A stretch of DNA of 48,525 nt, filler included, from Ionaspis alba (taxonomy: Eukaryota), in the NCBI GenBank assembly GCA_964255285.1. It is 2 parts of 2 records of this genome, joined end to end, with 100 filler letters (N's around TTAATTAATTAA, not from the genome) between each part and the next. Parts side by side here need not be neighbours in the genome. Positions count along the whole stretch, not along the records: positions 1 to 24,239 come from CAXUUL010000174.1; 1 more part is not named here. One strand, given 5' to 3'. A program made the translations under genes and the position numbers. The notes beneath the pieces were generated by a model. The model searched no databases. It had not been told where the DNA came from and worked only from the letters and a program-made list of their open reading frames with translations. The first letter of the stretch is position 1. Every line of letters starts with the position of its first letter. Positions 1 through 13,008 of the stretch are shown here, one piece after another.

Positions 1-162
1 ACCCAACGCCGCACGAATATGATGCAGCAACAGCAGCAGTAGCATCGGTGCCCATGCGAGCGGAGGAGTATAATTCCTGCGAGTCATGAACTCTTCTTCG
101 AAGGATATTCCAGCACGCCGGCCATCTATCTCATTGGGCAACACCTTCGCCAAGGGGATCAT
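1..162 (-). CDS. Possible 5' end of a secretory-pathway protein gene running off the window edge, divergent from Hsp70
   Basis: Minus-strand frame is open from ATG 162 (in-frame ATG 87) to base 1: MTRRNYTPPLAWAPMLLLLLLHHIRAALG..., which resembles a signal peptide. It is not in the ORF track because it has no stop inside the window. Confidence 0.4.
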   Translation of the reverse strand, partial: MIPLAKVLPNEIDGRRAGISFEEEFMTRRNYTPPLAWAPMLLLLLLHHIRAALG

Positions 163-400
163 GGAAGGAGATGGAAAAGCGCCGCTCCGCTCCGGCCGGC
201 AAAGAAAAAATGCGCTAAAATTTCGACCTTCATCATCTCATATTGCTGCCATTATTGCTCTCGCCGCGACTTTTTTCTCTCTTACCCTCTAACCAGTCCA
301 CAACTCCCATCCTCATCTCCAATAACCACGCTTCATTGTGAAGTCCTCAGATCATCGAGCTTCTCTTTGAGATCTCTGACTTCTCCTTCTCACGTTCATC

Positions 401-2616
401 ATGTTGTCCTCAAAGCTCTCGAGATCTGTGAGCTATTTCCTCTTTGCCCCATACATCAGTATCTTTACTGACGTATCGTGCTTACAGCTCCCTCGCGCAA
501 CCTCTGCCTTCAGTCGGATGTCAAGTCGCCTCCCCTCCACTTCTTCATTTGTTAGATATCAGTCAAATGGAGGGGAGGAAAAGGTCAAGGGGCAGGTCAT
601 CGGTATTGATCTCGGTATGCGCCAGTTCTTTCATGCAAGTCTGGAAGAACGATCGTCTAAGTACAATGGACTATAGGTACTACCAACTCTGCAGTAGCAA
701 TCATGGAAGGCAAAACACCCAAAATAATAGAGAATTCCGAAGGTACTATTCTCCCTCGTGTCCCACACCTCATCCAAATACAGACTGACGTGAGCCGTTC
801 TCCAGGAGCCAGAACGACACCTTCCGTTGTTGCATTCGCACAAGACGGAGAACGTTTAGTTGGTATCTCAGCCAAGCGACAAGCTGTCGTCAATCCAGAA
901 AATACCCTTTTTGCCACCAAGCGACTTATTGGCCGAAGGTTTACGGATCCAGAATGTCAGCGAGATATCAAGGAAGTGCCATACAAAATCATTCAACACA
1001 CTAATGGAGATGCGTGGGTGGAAGCTCGTGGCCAGAAATACTCACCATCCCAAATTGGTGGATTCGTCCTCCAAAAAATGAAGGAAACGGCAGAGGCATA
1101 CCTCAACAAAAACATCAAGAACGGTGTTGTTACCGTTCCTGCTTACTTCAATGATTCTCAGCGTCAAGCTACGAAGGACGCTGGACAGATCGCTGGACTC
1201 AACGTACTTCGAGTGGTCAATGAGCCCACCGCCGCGGCGCTTGCCTATGGGCTGGATAAAGAACAAGATCGAGTCATTGCCGTATACGATCTTGGTGGAG
1301 GAACCTTTGATATCTCCATTCTGGAGATTCAGAAAGGTGTCTTCGAAGTCAAATCGACAAACGGTGACACCCATCTTGGCGGCGAGGATTTCGACATCAG
1401 CCTCGTCCGCCACCTTGTCCAACAATTCAAGAAGGATTCTGGTATTGACCTCTCGAACGATCGTATGGCCATCCAGCGTATTCGCGAAGCCGCGGAGAAG
1501 GCGAAGATTGAGCTCTCGTCATCTCTCCAGACGGATATCAACCTTCCATTTATCACTGCAGACGCGTCGGGTCCTAAGCACATCAATCAGAAGATGACGA
1601 GATCACAGCTCGAAGGATTGGTGGATCCGTTGATCAGCCGGACAATTGACCCTGTCCGGAAAGCGTTGAAAGACGCTAACCTCCAAGCAAAGGACATCCA
1701 GGAAGTCATTCTTGTTGGTGGCATGACTCGTATGCCCAAGGTCGCCGAATCCGTTAAGAACATCTTTGGCCGTGACGCCGCTAAGTCGGTTAACCCAGAT
1801 GAGGCAGTCGCCATTGGTGCCGCCATTCAAGGGGCTGTCCTGGCAGGCGAAGTAATGGATGTTCTACTACTCGACGTTACCCCGTTATCTCTTGGCATCG
1901 AGACACTCGGTGGTGTCTTCACTCGCTTAATTAATCGAAATACCACTATTCCCACCAAGAAGTCACAGATCTTTTCGACCGCCGCGGACTTCCAAACTGC
2001 AGTGGAGATTAAGGTCTACCAGGGAGAGCGTGAGCTTGTACGAGACAACAAGCTCCTAGGCAATTTCCAGCTTGTTGGCATTCCCCCTGCACACCGCGGT
2101 GTACCTCAAGTAGAAGTCACTTTTGACATCGACGCCGACTCCATTGTGCACGTTCATGCCAAAGACAAATCCACAAATAAGGACCAATCGATCACGATTG
2201 CTTCTGGATCCGGTCTTTCGGACGCCGAGATTCAGGGAATGGTTGACGATGCCGAAAAATACGGCGAGTCAGACAAGGAGCGAAAGGCTGCTATCGAGGC
2301 CGCCAACCGTGCCGACAGCGTTTTGAACGACACGGAGAAGGCCCTGAAGGATTTTGCCGATAAGCTTGACAAGACAGAGGTTGACCAAATCAAGGAGAAG
2401 ATCGAAAAGTTGAGAGAATTTGTGGCCAAGAACCAGAGCGGAGAAGGCACTGCTACAGCTGCCGAGCTTAAGGAGAGAACAGACGAGCTCCAAACCGCCA
2501 GTCTGACCCTATTCGATAAGATGCACAAGGCCCGGTCAGAAGAGCAGAACAACCCACCTCCAGGCAACGCAGGAGAAACTCCAAAGGAGGATGCAGACGG
2601 AGAAAAGAAGCCATAG
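401..2616 (+). CDS. SSC1: Mitochondrial Hsp70 chaperone (mtHsp70/DnaK family)
   Basis: Exons 401-427, 488-614, 677-742, 806-2616 (GT-AG introns). Ser/Arg-rich presequence, [35 protein letters not shown] and [10 protein letters not shown] motifs; no C-terminal EEVD or HDEL. Confidence 0.97.
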
Positions 2617-3189
2617 ATGGTCTTGAGCTGATTAAAAGCGTTTTCCTCAAATTTTGTTAGGCCCCTAACTAGACGTCGTTTTCTCGGCACTCCTCTTGTA
2701 CTCATATTCCCCTTTAACGGTTGCCACTTCGACTCGCTGTCTTCTTATATGTACAGGCTCTGGAGATCATTGGGTGGAACGGCTAAGGTTCTTGTAATTA
2801 CATAGCTTCATGGGAATCAATAAAGGACATTCTCCTCTCGATGTTTTCTGTACTCCTTCAACACTGAAATCTTGTCGTGTATTACCGTCCACTACGGAAG
2901 GTTGTAGACTTATATCGTACTACCACTGATGAGTGAAACACTGAAGACATCGACAGCCTGAATACCCAAGGAGTATAGAGAAGACTTGTTCGTCCAAACT
3001 TCAGGTCGCGATCATAGAAGCCTTTTCACCAGCGGTCATGGGCATGAGCTGACGAATGCGGCATAGTTGGGGCTTGGCCAATTCCCTACGATTGACCGGA
3101 CAGATGCTTGTGATTTGCTCATCAGATCATAACTATCAACAACTTCTTGAGACCAGGACGATTAAACCAGAGATAAAAACACAGTAGCT

Positions 3190-4461
3190 ATGGATAAAGT
3201 GCAAGCTTTCGGGAAGAACATCTCGTACGTTCTGCAAATTTCTAGCAATCTTCTCTTTCAGAGATGGAGATACGGCTTCCACAGCTCTGTCGACTAACGG
3301 TTCCCCCGCTAGAGCTTCCTTCACACCTTTTGCTGCTCGAACCCAGCAATATGTCAAGGAGCAGCTTGGACAGGCAGACGAAAAGGTACCAGCTCCGAGT
3401 TGATCGCACGATTATCTTTGGACTCTTTTAATGCATTGAGCTGCAGACACAACTACCCCCAGATTATATAGAGCTCGAAAAGAGAGTTGATGCCCTCAAG
3501 CAAGTCCACCAAAAGCTCCTGTCCGTTACGTATGTCCGAGATTGTCCCCTTCTGCCAGTTTGTACTCATGCTTCATTAGCTCATCATACTCCAATGAAGC
3601 ATACGACTATCCTGCCAATATCCGCGAATCCTTCAATGATCTCGGTCGCACCATATCAGAGAAGGTTCACCTACTCTCTAATGCCAGCTCTCCTGCCGAA
3701 GCCCAAGCAGCCTTCACAGCACCCCCATCTGCAAAACCCCAACCAAAGACATTCAGTCATGCGATCGCGCGTGCTTCCCTTGCCGGCTCTCAGCTCTTGA
3801 ACCAATCCCACACTGGTGCTGGCGAAGACCCTTTGGCAACAGCTCTCGAGAAATACGCGCTGGCGGAAGAGAAGGTAGGAGAGGCTAGACTGGCACAGGA
3901 TGCACAGATCCAAACTCGGTTCTTGACTGGCTGGTCCACAACACTGAATACCAACTTGATGTTTGCAACGAGGGCCAGGAAAGGAGTCGAGAATGCGAGA
4001 TTGAGCCTTGATGCTACAAAGGCCAAGTCGAAGAATCTTGGACGCGGCATGAATCCTGACGAAGCATCTCTCACTGAAGAGCACAGAGCGGAGATTGAGC
4101 ATAAGGAGGATGAATTTGTGGGGCAGACGGAAGAGGCTGTGGTTATCATGAAGAATGCACGTTACTAAATGTCTATGATTCGAACATATTATGGCTGACA
4201 ATGGCAGGTTCTTGATACTCCCGAACCGCTTCGCAACATCGCAGATCTCATCGCAGCTCAACTTGAATACCACAAGAAGGCTTATGAAATTCTAAGTGAG
4301 CTGGCGCCCGTCGTGGATGGCTTGCAGGTCGAACAGGAGGTCAGTCACCAAGAGGCCCTTCGTTCATATTCGCTGCGTACGTTGCGCTCTTGAATATCTA
4401 TCCATACTGACTGCGCCAATCTTTGCAGGCCAGCTATCGAAAGAATCGTGATGGAGCATAA
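3190..4461 (+). CDS. GVP36: BAR-domain Golgi vesicle protein (Gvp36-like)
   Basis: Exons 3190-3224, 3313-3385, 3447-3529, 3580-4156, 4208-4339, 4429-4461. Spliced product reads MDKVQAFGKNI...QLPPDYIELEKRVDALKQVHQKLL...YDYPANIRESF...PKTFSHAIARA...MKNVLDTPEPLRNIADLIAAQLEYHKKAYE, typical of fungal Gvp36. Confidence 0.88.
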
Positions 4462-5414
4462 AATCCTCCTGCCTCGATTTCTAGTTTGGTGAGACTAAGA
4501 TTTAGTCACTGGAGTTCTGCTACTCATTCTTCATACCTTATGGTTGGAGGATCTGCTAGCTAGTCTAGCTGGCATCACGCGGCGTGGGGAGGGCATACAA
4601 ATTAGATATCCCTGTTTTACCTTCTCCTTTGTAGGCAAAATTGAATTGCTCTTCTCAAAAAAATGGAAGTTCTACGTCTGCAACCGGTCTTGGCAGTTCC
4701 TCTGAAATTGCTCTGGACGCAAACTTTCCCCTTGTACTATTCAGTACCAGCCGAGTTCAACAAGAGCCGGTCTGCTCTTCTGGCCAATTCCTCTTCAACC
4801 ATGGCCATCTGTGAACGTGCATTCAGGACTCAGTCTAAAGCCTCCATATCGAGTTCCGGTCATTTTTCCTAACAACATTATGAAATCTCGCGCACTTAAA
4901 ACTGTGTGATCGCATCTTCATAAACTCGGATGCCACGCCATGACTCTTTACAGATCTATCATACCTGGTACCCAGTCATTTTGCTCCCCTTAGAGACGTC
5001 AGGAGACTACGAGACGACGAACAGATAGAGCGGAAGATGGCCTTGCACTAGGGTCGGGCCAACATGAATGGTTGACGAGGGCTCGGATTTACGGGCTGGA
5101 ACTCAAAGAAGAACTCTGATCAGCATGAGTCAATCACTGATAATCGTTCCAAAACAGATTCACTGATTATATTAGAAGGATCAATGGAGAGTATAGGCCA
5201 CGACAAGCACACTTCTTTCAGGACACGATTTTCAGAATCTAACAAGATCACATTTGCGGATTGAAATTGGTCATCAATCATTGAATTAGGCATTAGTGAT
5301 ACCGACCAGTTCAGAACCACATCATCTGCACCTGCCGAAAGCCAAGATGAAAAGAGAGATTCGCCTGGAATCACCCAGACTGACTTGTTTCCTCTCCCTC
5401 TCTTCGTTGCTTCC

Positions 5415-6200
5415 CTACCGCACGGTCTTGCGCCACGGGAGTCGAAAAACCCATGGCTCCCCTCGGCGACCCTCGACAGTCCTGCTCTCCCTTGGCACCC
5501 TTCCAATACCACCAAGCGCTTCGCCCTCTCCCTCGCACTCGTACTCGACGGGCTCTTCCTCCGAGCTCGCTGTGCACCAGACCTCGCTGCCCGAGTCCCA
5601 GAGGCTCGAATCGGACCGGGCAAATGCGTCCCGGGAGTCTAAAGGGTAGCTAGCAGCACGGTCTCTAAGCCTCGCCTTCATAGCGCCGAGCGTAGCGAAG
5701 ATACCGCGTCCGATCTGGGTAATGGTGTTGGGAATGTTAGCTAGAGCTGGGCGGAAACGGGGGCGACGAACGATCGGCTCAGAAGCCGCGCGAGGGCGGA
5801 AGAGAGGAGCGTCGTCTGATGGGATGGCATCGAAGTCCTGGGCGCCAGGGTGAGGTGACTGGAGTTCGGTACGCTCTTCCCAGCCCACCACGGCTGGCAG
5901 GACTAAGAAGCCAGAGTCATAGCTGGCTGCAGAGGTAGTTGAGTGGGAGTAACTGCTCTCCGTGGGGCTGCTGAAGCGTATCGACGAGGGAAGCGACGTG
6001 CTCCTGTTAAGAGAATAGGTTCGACTTCTCTTAGAGCTATCGGTTGTCCAGCATGCCTCCTCGGAGCTTGTGGGTACATCCGCTGAGAGGAATGGGTTGG
6101 GAGGTAAAGTGATACCCCTCGGACTATTGCGCATCACTTCGACTGAAGGACGATTGAAGAGAGAGGGCGGGACGATAATAGTCAACTTGGGGCGTACCAT
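5415..6200 (-). CDS. Hypothetical Ser/Pro/Arg-rich protein (~261 aa), probably disordered
   Basis: Single long ORF from ATG 6200 (MVRPKLTIIVPPSLFNRP...) to stop 5415. No recognisable domain. Confidence 0.5.
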   Translation of the reverse strand: MVRPKLTIIVPPSLFNRPSVEVMRNSPRGITLPPNPFLSADVPTSSEEACWTTDSSKRSRTYSLNRSTSLPSSIRFSSPTESSYSHSTTSAASYDSGFLVLPAVVGWEERTELQSPHPGAQDFDAIPSDDAPLFRPRAASEPIVRRPRFRPALANIPNTITQIGRGIFATLGAMKARLRDRAASYPLDSRDAFARSDSSLWDSGSEVWCTASSEEEPVEYECEGEGEALGGIGRVPRESRTVEGRRGEPWVFRLPWRKTVR

Positions 6201-9200
6201 CTTGTCTCTCCGGATGGTGGATTGAGAGGATACTTTGATCACAGACCTGTGTGATTTCGAGGTTCGACTCTGAATTGAAGGAAAGTTCTGAGATTCAAGT
6301 TGAGTCTGCTATCTTCTTCCGTGTGGATCCACGAGCTGATGTCAAACTAAGCACGCTGACTGGAGGCTATTTAACATCATAGAAAGGTGGAAGACAATGC
6401 CGTTGTTGAGAGACTAAGACATTATTCACAATAAAGGCGGTGGAATCATGGCTAGAGCCAATGGCTTGTTGAGTAGACAATCGAGAGATAGAAATTCATT
6501 GTTCTGTTTCTTCAGTCGCATTCATTGAAAAGCTAGATAAGGCCCCAAAAAAACAACTCAGTAAGATTGAAACCTTTGTCTTGTTGCTGGTTACAATGTT
6601 TCGAGATCATCCGGGCGAAGCGTTGAGAACAAACAAAGAGGCTATCGTTGGTCATTTCGCTGTCTGAGCAGTCCTCAGCAGCATCTTGACAGTGGCCTTT
6701 GAACTCCTGGCGTCGACAATGGAACGCTGCAAGTTGACAGCAGTTGCCATCAAGTACCACGCAGAAGAGCATGGAATGGATCTTTCAGTTGCCGCTGTTA
6801 GCGAGCCACGACATGGTTTGGATGGTTCTTGTGGTCAACAGATTTATGGTTATAGTGCAATCGCAATGGCATGAACTTCTTTACTGTAGATCCGTGCACT
6901 ACAGCTCAAGTCACCCGACCACAATCAATTTTCGTAGCTCTAGCTTGTGATTTTGAGCTCATCAACAATTTCAACGAGTGATTTCCTTGGAGAATGCTGG
7001 TGGGAACGTGCAGATGAGCAGGACAGACCAGCTTCAATTGAGCTATTAGCAACAAGAGCTGTAGGTCAGCCGGGGATCTCAGCTTCATCGATGCTCGGCA
7101 TATTGAATAGTGCGGTGATATCAGCCGATCGTTCCCACACAATATCTCTACATTCTTGGGTACCGCCAGAGACAAGAGTAACTTCATGAGAGCACACCTT
7201 GCCAAAATCCAAACTTTGAAGTTGACAAGACGAGCCAGTCGACGTTGCGTGTACAAGGCGTTCCTGGATGAAAGGTATGCTTAGTACAATCAAGTCGAAA
7301 TAGTTGATAGAGCTACTAGAACAAGAAATCCTCAGCAATAACTGCAACGAAATTCGAGATAAAAATGCGGCCTTGTATGTCAGTTCTTGCCACAAGAACG
7401 AAGAGTTTGCTTAACAAGATCAACACGATATCACGACTTTTTTTGCGAGCAGTGAGTCTAAGTCTATCACACCAATCGCCGTTGCCAGTAGTGTGCGCTC
7501 AAACTCAACGGTTTGTGTTGCGTTCCGTCAAGATGATGACTCTTCTCGAGCAAGAGCCTTCCATAAGACTATTGGGACAGAAGGCAAAATATTGGAGAAC
7601 AATCCACAGAGTCCTACTAGACTTGGTGGTTGTCCGGCCATAACCTACGAAAAGGGTAGGACCGGAAAGTTTATATTGAAAACTCTCTTTCTCCCCGCGG
7701 AAGATGCGTTGCTTTCCAAAGAAACCTTTCAAAGCAACAGAAAGCCCAGTGACTATGGAGTACGAAGGCATGAGAGAGACACAATCAACCACGTCAAGTC
7801 AATACGATGAGCTGGGATGCCTCTTTGCCGCCGTCTTCCAATTACAGGATGTTTCGAGCAATTGTAAGGGGGGCAGCTAACAATCGTGGCTGACCATCGA
7901 CAAATGCATGACATTGATAAAGGTGTGCCAACATGGGATGATCGGCTTCCTTCGACCTCGTTGCACCCCAAAGCAGCAAAGGAAGGGAACAAAAGTCCCC
8001 AATATCTGCATTGGAGGGATTCAGCTCAACCATGGCTCGGTAAAGGCTTGACGACGATTCCGTGCCAATCAAGCTCCTCTGACCATTGAATCGATCGGAT
8101 CTCTTGAGATCGCATAAGAGATATGCAGAGAAAAACTGCAGGCAATGCCTTCAAGGATTCTTCAGACCTGACTGTGGTCTTGGTGACACCTCAGCATCGT
8201 CAACACTGACAGTGTTGTGGGGAAGGAGTGCTGTCAGTGGAGACAGCCGCTTGTACGACGTCCATTCACCCGCCTGCAACGATCTCGTATACTCAGAAAG
8301 CAGGAGACCCTCGCGAAGACGAACTGGTGGTCCATGCGCCAATGTCCACCGAATGTCACCGATCTTTGTCTTCAGACCTGGAGACCAGGTTTCCGAAGCA
8401 GCGCACGTTGGTCAACCGAGGAACGGCACTTGCTCGCAGGCCTTTCATTCGTCGACGTACTTATCGTATCCTATGTCTGCCGAAAAATCGTGATCGAGCG
8501 AAGGCAAACAGGATTGAGGAGAAGAAAGGAGAACAACTCAACCAATACGACGCATAGACTTCGATCAGCGGCTCATGCTTGACGGAAAGCTGCAGAAAAG
8601 GTCACAATGAGGGAAAGAACCAGTGGCATGGAAAGTAGGTGGGGATGGCCCCCACAGATTGGCTCTTTGACCTGCCTGGTGCTGGTCAACGGCAACGCCG
8701 TCAAACGTTACTCGAAGCAGAACGCTTTTCCTGATCAATGCAAGGCATGCAAGTTCCCGCTCTACTACGGCCCTGTGCCAGATATTACGCAACCTCATCT
8801 CTGGCACGGGCATAGGGTTGGTGCAGCCAGAGGTTGTGATTATCGTGGGTGGGTCGCACAACGTCAATTAATGACTTGCTCTACGCCACAGCTCAACAGC
8901 ACAACCATCTCAACCTTGTGGCCGTGCGCAGGTTGGAATGGCCTCGTCCTGCTAGGGCATCAATGCCTTGGTGCCAATCTACGGCCCGAGCCGTCACGTT
9001 CGATGAGGCGGTATTGTGGATGTAGGTCTGCTGGTCTTCCGGTTTTGCATGATGCCTTGGGATTGTTCTTGTCCAGTCAAGGGTCTTCACAAGAGTGTCC
9101 CATGAACTTGATTGCTCTCATCTCCAACAGTCTGGACAACGACGTCGTCCTATCGTGGTTGCATGACTACCAATCGGCCGAAAGGTGCGTCGAAATCGTC

Positions 9201-12200
9201 CTATCAATAGTCCAAGGGCAACAATAAACGAGTCATTCAGAACGGCTTTCGGCCGCACGGGAATAATGCTCTTCAAAGCCCCCCGGGAAATAGACGGTCA
9301 TACTGCAGACTCTGAAACGATTCCTTGCTTACATGTCAGCGTAAATGCTGGGCTCTCACAGTCAGCACAGCGCAAGGCTTCATTATCACTTGGCGTGGTC
9401 GCAGGGATGTTGTGCAGATTGGAAACTCGATTTAATGGCTCAGAGGGTACATGCAGCTTTCCGACGGGGTTCACGGAATTGGCAGTATTGTCCTGCCACC
9501 AGCTTGACTACACTCATAGAACAAAATGTTCGGGCAATAGAGAAAAAACAGAACATTGTCTAGTGTTTGACTGGTCAACACTGTCTGGTCTTTCCATCGA
9601 GCTCTAGCAGGGTATGCAAAGTCTCCAACAACCTGCTGCTATATTGAGGGGAAAGACGAAACGCTCGGTACAATAGACCATCACTGCAGTAGATGATAGG
9701 TGCGATCATATGTTGGAACCGAAGCACAAACATTTATCAAGCGCTTCTCATACTTGGCGATCTTGATTGAAGGAATTCGAAGCTTTCTTGAACGTTAGGT
9801 CATGCATTGATCCTAAACTTGCCACGCCGTTTATGAGTAGGCACAAGAGCACGCTATCGGAGATGCAAGGTCGTTTGGTTGTGTCTTAATTGGAGACATT
9901 GACAGTAAAGCTTCGAAACTCAGCGGATACCAAGTCTGCAAATGTCAATGCAACTTCTCTTCAATACTGGTCTCGTAGCTTCAAAAGGGTGCGGTAAGGT
10001 TCCGAGAGGACAGTCTCTACACACCAGACGTAGATAGGACAAGGACATCGGCTCAACGGCAGGTCTCTCACGTAGACGAAATTGATGCCCCTACAAAACT
10101 CGCCCAGCTCCCAAAATGGATCTTGTTACCATGAAATCGATATTAGAGGTCGAAAGAGCGCAAGGTTTACCCTCCAGAGACGACGGAAACTGCTGAGATA
10201 GGCTCCATTATTGGCGGGGGTGTGAAAGTTTTGAAGTCGTTGCTCGAGTGGTACTAGGCTATAAATGCATTTCGATTCAGCAGGGGTTCTCCCAAGTAAG
10301 CATGAGGATTGAGACATGGCCGATGTTCACGGTCGCCTGGACATGCGGCAGTGATGTTATGTTCGTTGATGTTCGGCTTTGTTCGTTGCGAAGGCCTCAA
10401 AAGGTCATCCATTCGATCAGGGCATCCGGATGTGCTCCTAGCCGCAACTCACACCGTACGTACACGCCGCCGTCGGAATGGGCCATGGATCATGCTAGAG
10501 CAAAGGGAAGCCCTCAACAACAAGTAATCTGACGGTGTGACCGTTTATCTTGCTCATGGTTCCTTTGTCGATGGACTTAAGCGTCGAAGAAAGTCAAAGC
10601 TGCTCTGACGCTTCGGCCTTAGCCTCAGACTTAGACCTCCGGACCGCTTTCCCCATGACAGGTTTGCCCCCTTTGTTCTCAATCGCCGTTGTCACGTAGA
10701 GCAAGGATAGCAATCAAAAGGTGAACTCCACCTCTACCGGCCAACGGGCACGAGTACCGTGGGTCTGGGCGTCAGGACAGATCACATCCGGGGCCCACGC
10801 AGAAGATCAGCTGGCTTGCAACGACAAGAGCACGTCCAGCGGCGGTCGAGTCCGCAAATAGCTCCCTCGACATGACATGTTGCTGCAGCTGCTGATGATG
10901 TTGATACTGCACCATGCCGCATCGAACCAGCGCCAACGTGGAGACTGCTGGAGGCAGGATCCGAATGTTGCGGCGTGTTCCTGCATCGAATCAGGAGCGA
11001 GGAGGACCAATGGAGGCGGGATCGACACCGGCATTTAGGACGCTGTCGCGACATGGCCGTCCCTCGGCCATGATGGACGAGGTGGGTTGGAGGGAGGAAA
11101 CCTCTGGCAAAGCAAGAGGCTCGTTTTCGGACACCTTCGGTCACACCGTTTGTGAGGGTCAGAAACCGCCCCCGAGATAAGCGGCCTCGGAAGGCACATC
11201 TCTGGCCCAATCTCTGCCATAGGCCACGGAGAGGCAAGTTTCATTCATGTTCCTGCATCCTGCTGCACGGCAACACGCTATTGTCGTTGGGTGGACATGA
11301 CAACCCTGAACGGGGCAAACACGAGCCCACGACCTCCTCGAGCAAAAAGGAAATAAGAGCGCAGCGATCTTCGAGCCATGCCACTGTCAGCTCCAGAATC
11401 GGATATAAACGAAACTTTCATCGGCTTCACCTGTCCCAAGCGCTCCAGGCGCCTTTCAGAGTAGCAGAGCAGAGTTGGATTTCCGAGACGGCGGCAGCAC
11501 TTGGCCTGATCCTACGACACCCTCTTCGCTTCCGAATGCAGTTGTTGTCCAGACCCTGCTCTGCCCGCGGACCTCGAGCATAAACGCTCTCCCTGTGTCG
11601 ATTGCTTTGCTGCTTTCTTTGAAGAGCCCAGTGGCGGCCAAGTCTTCCCAGGCTGACCAGTCCCGACAGCTCGTTCCCAGTCACAACTGCCTTTCCCAGC
11701 CTCTGCTTTGTCTCCGCCGTTGGAGGAGGTCTGATCGGAGACTTAACGTGGAAGTGAATCATCAGAGTGAGTGAGAAGTGCCGCAGTAGTCTTCTTTGCG
11801 TCTTTTGCATGGACCGGTGTGCAACGGCCGCAACCCTCGGATATACCCTTTGAGGGGCGTCCTCCATTGGTATATGTACACGGAACCTCGCCAGCAATTT
11901 TTCAGACATCGATTGTCGTTTTACCTGGACAGCTGGATATGTGAATGCAGCATTCATTCACACGCTCGCAGACGCTTGGTTGAATTGCCCAAAACTGTTC
12001 GGAAGATATCCTTCATTCTGAGCCACCAGTCATCCGAAGCCAACAAAAGCCTCCCACACGGCACGCCCACGAAACGACGACACTCTGCCTTCCCATTTGC
12101 CAGGCTCTACGCTCCCGCCAGATCTCCCCACACTATCTCTCGTGAGCAAGCAAGGGAGTGCTTTCTCGTCCCAGTCAGCCCTGGTTGATTTGCGCAGGAT

Positions 12201-13008
12201 TCACAGCACATCCGTCAAATCCGCCATTTCATTCGCTGTACACTACGCGGCCCGCCCAGTGCATCGTGCATACATTACCTGCATGGGAGGACGTGGGTCT
12301 CAACAAGGCCTACGAGATTTTTCCAAGGCAGCAGATCTTCCAGCAGCCACCTAATTCTGTATGTACATTCTGTTTTCGGTTCTCGCACACGATGTAATCA
12401 CAGCCGGCTACAGTCTTCATTGTTGTTTGGAATTGCCTAGGGAATAGCCTGACAAGCAACACAACCCTAGCCCCGGGGGATGGGGGGGCGGAAATCCCTC
12501 CGACGTGGGAGGCACCAGCGCTGACCTCGATGTTCTAGTGGCCGCTTTTAGTTGGGTCAGCAACGGCCCCGGAGACCCTAACCCTTAATCTTCCCGCTGT
12601 TTTGGCAGCTAAAGCGCGCCAACTTCGCGGCCAAGTCTAGGACCGAACAGTCGACGAACGAGTGGCAGACATTGGATTGTGGTCTCTACTGGAGACAGTG
12701 TACTGGCAACCTGCTGCAAGACAATCTGCCTTCTCCGAAAGGTAAACAGAAGTGTCTTTTAACCCCCAAAACCTCTCAATCCAGCTAACGCGATTGCGGC
12801 AGGTCCTTGACCACCTCCATCTGAATCCAATGAATCAATGTAAGCACTTCTCTCCTCTAGCATCAGAAAAAGCATTGATGTGGCATTTTACTCCTTGCAT
12901 CCACCAAATGCTGCGTTGAGTGCGTCCGTCATTTCCTTTGGTCGACCAGTGAGCTTTTTTGCTTTTTCAGCTCTTCCTTCTTCCTTCACAAGCGTCAATT
13001 TGCAGACA

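Noticed and set aside
1042..2705. Antisense ORFs over Hsp70
   Set aside because: Long antisense frames are a known by-product of Hsp70 codon usage; there is no independent evidence.
6533..12400. Many 60-206 aa ORFs, including 8607-9227 and a short Gln/His-rich minus-strand ORF near 10.8-10.9 kb
   Set aside because: No recognisable motifs, overlapping on both strands, many with non-ATG starts, and no coherent splice chain found.
12576..12588. CCCTAACCCTTAA telomere-like sequence
   Set aside because: Fewer than two perfect units; compatible with chance.
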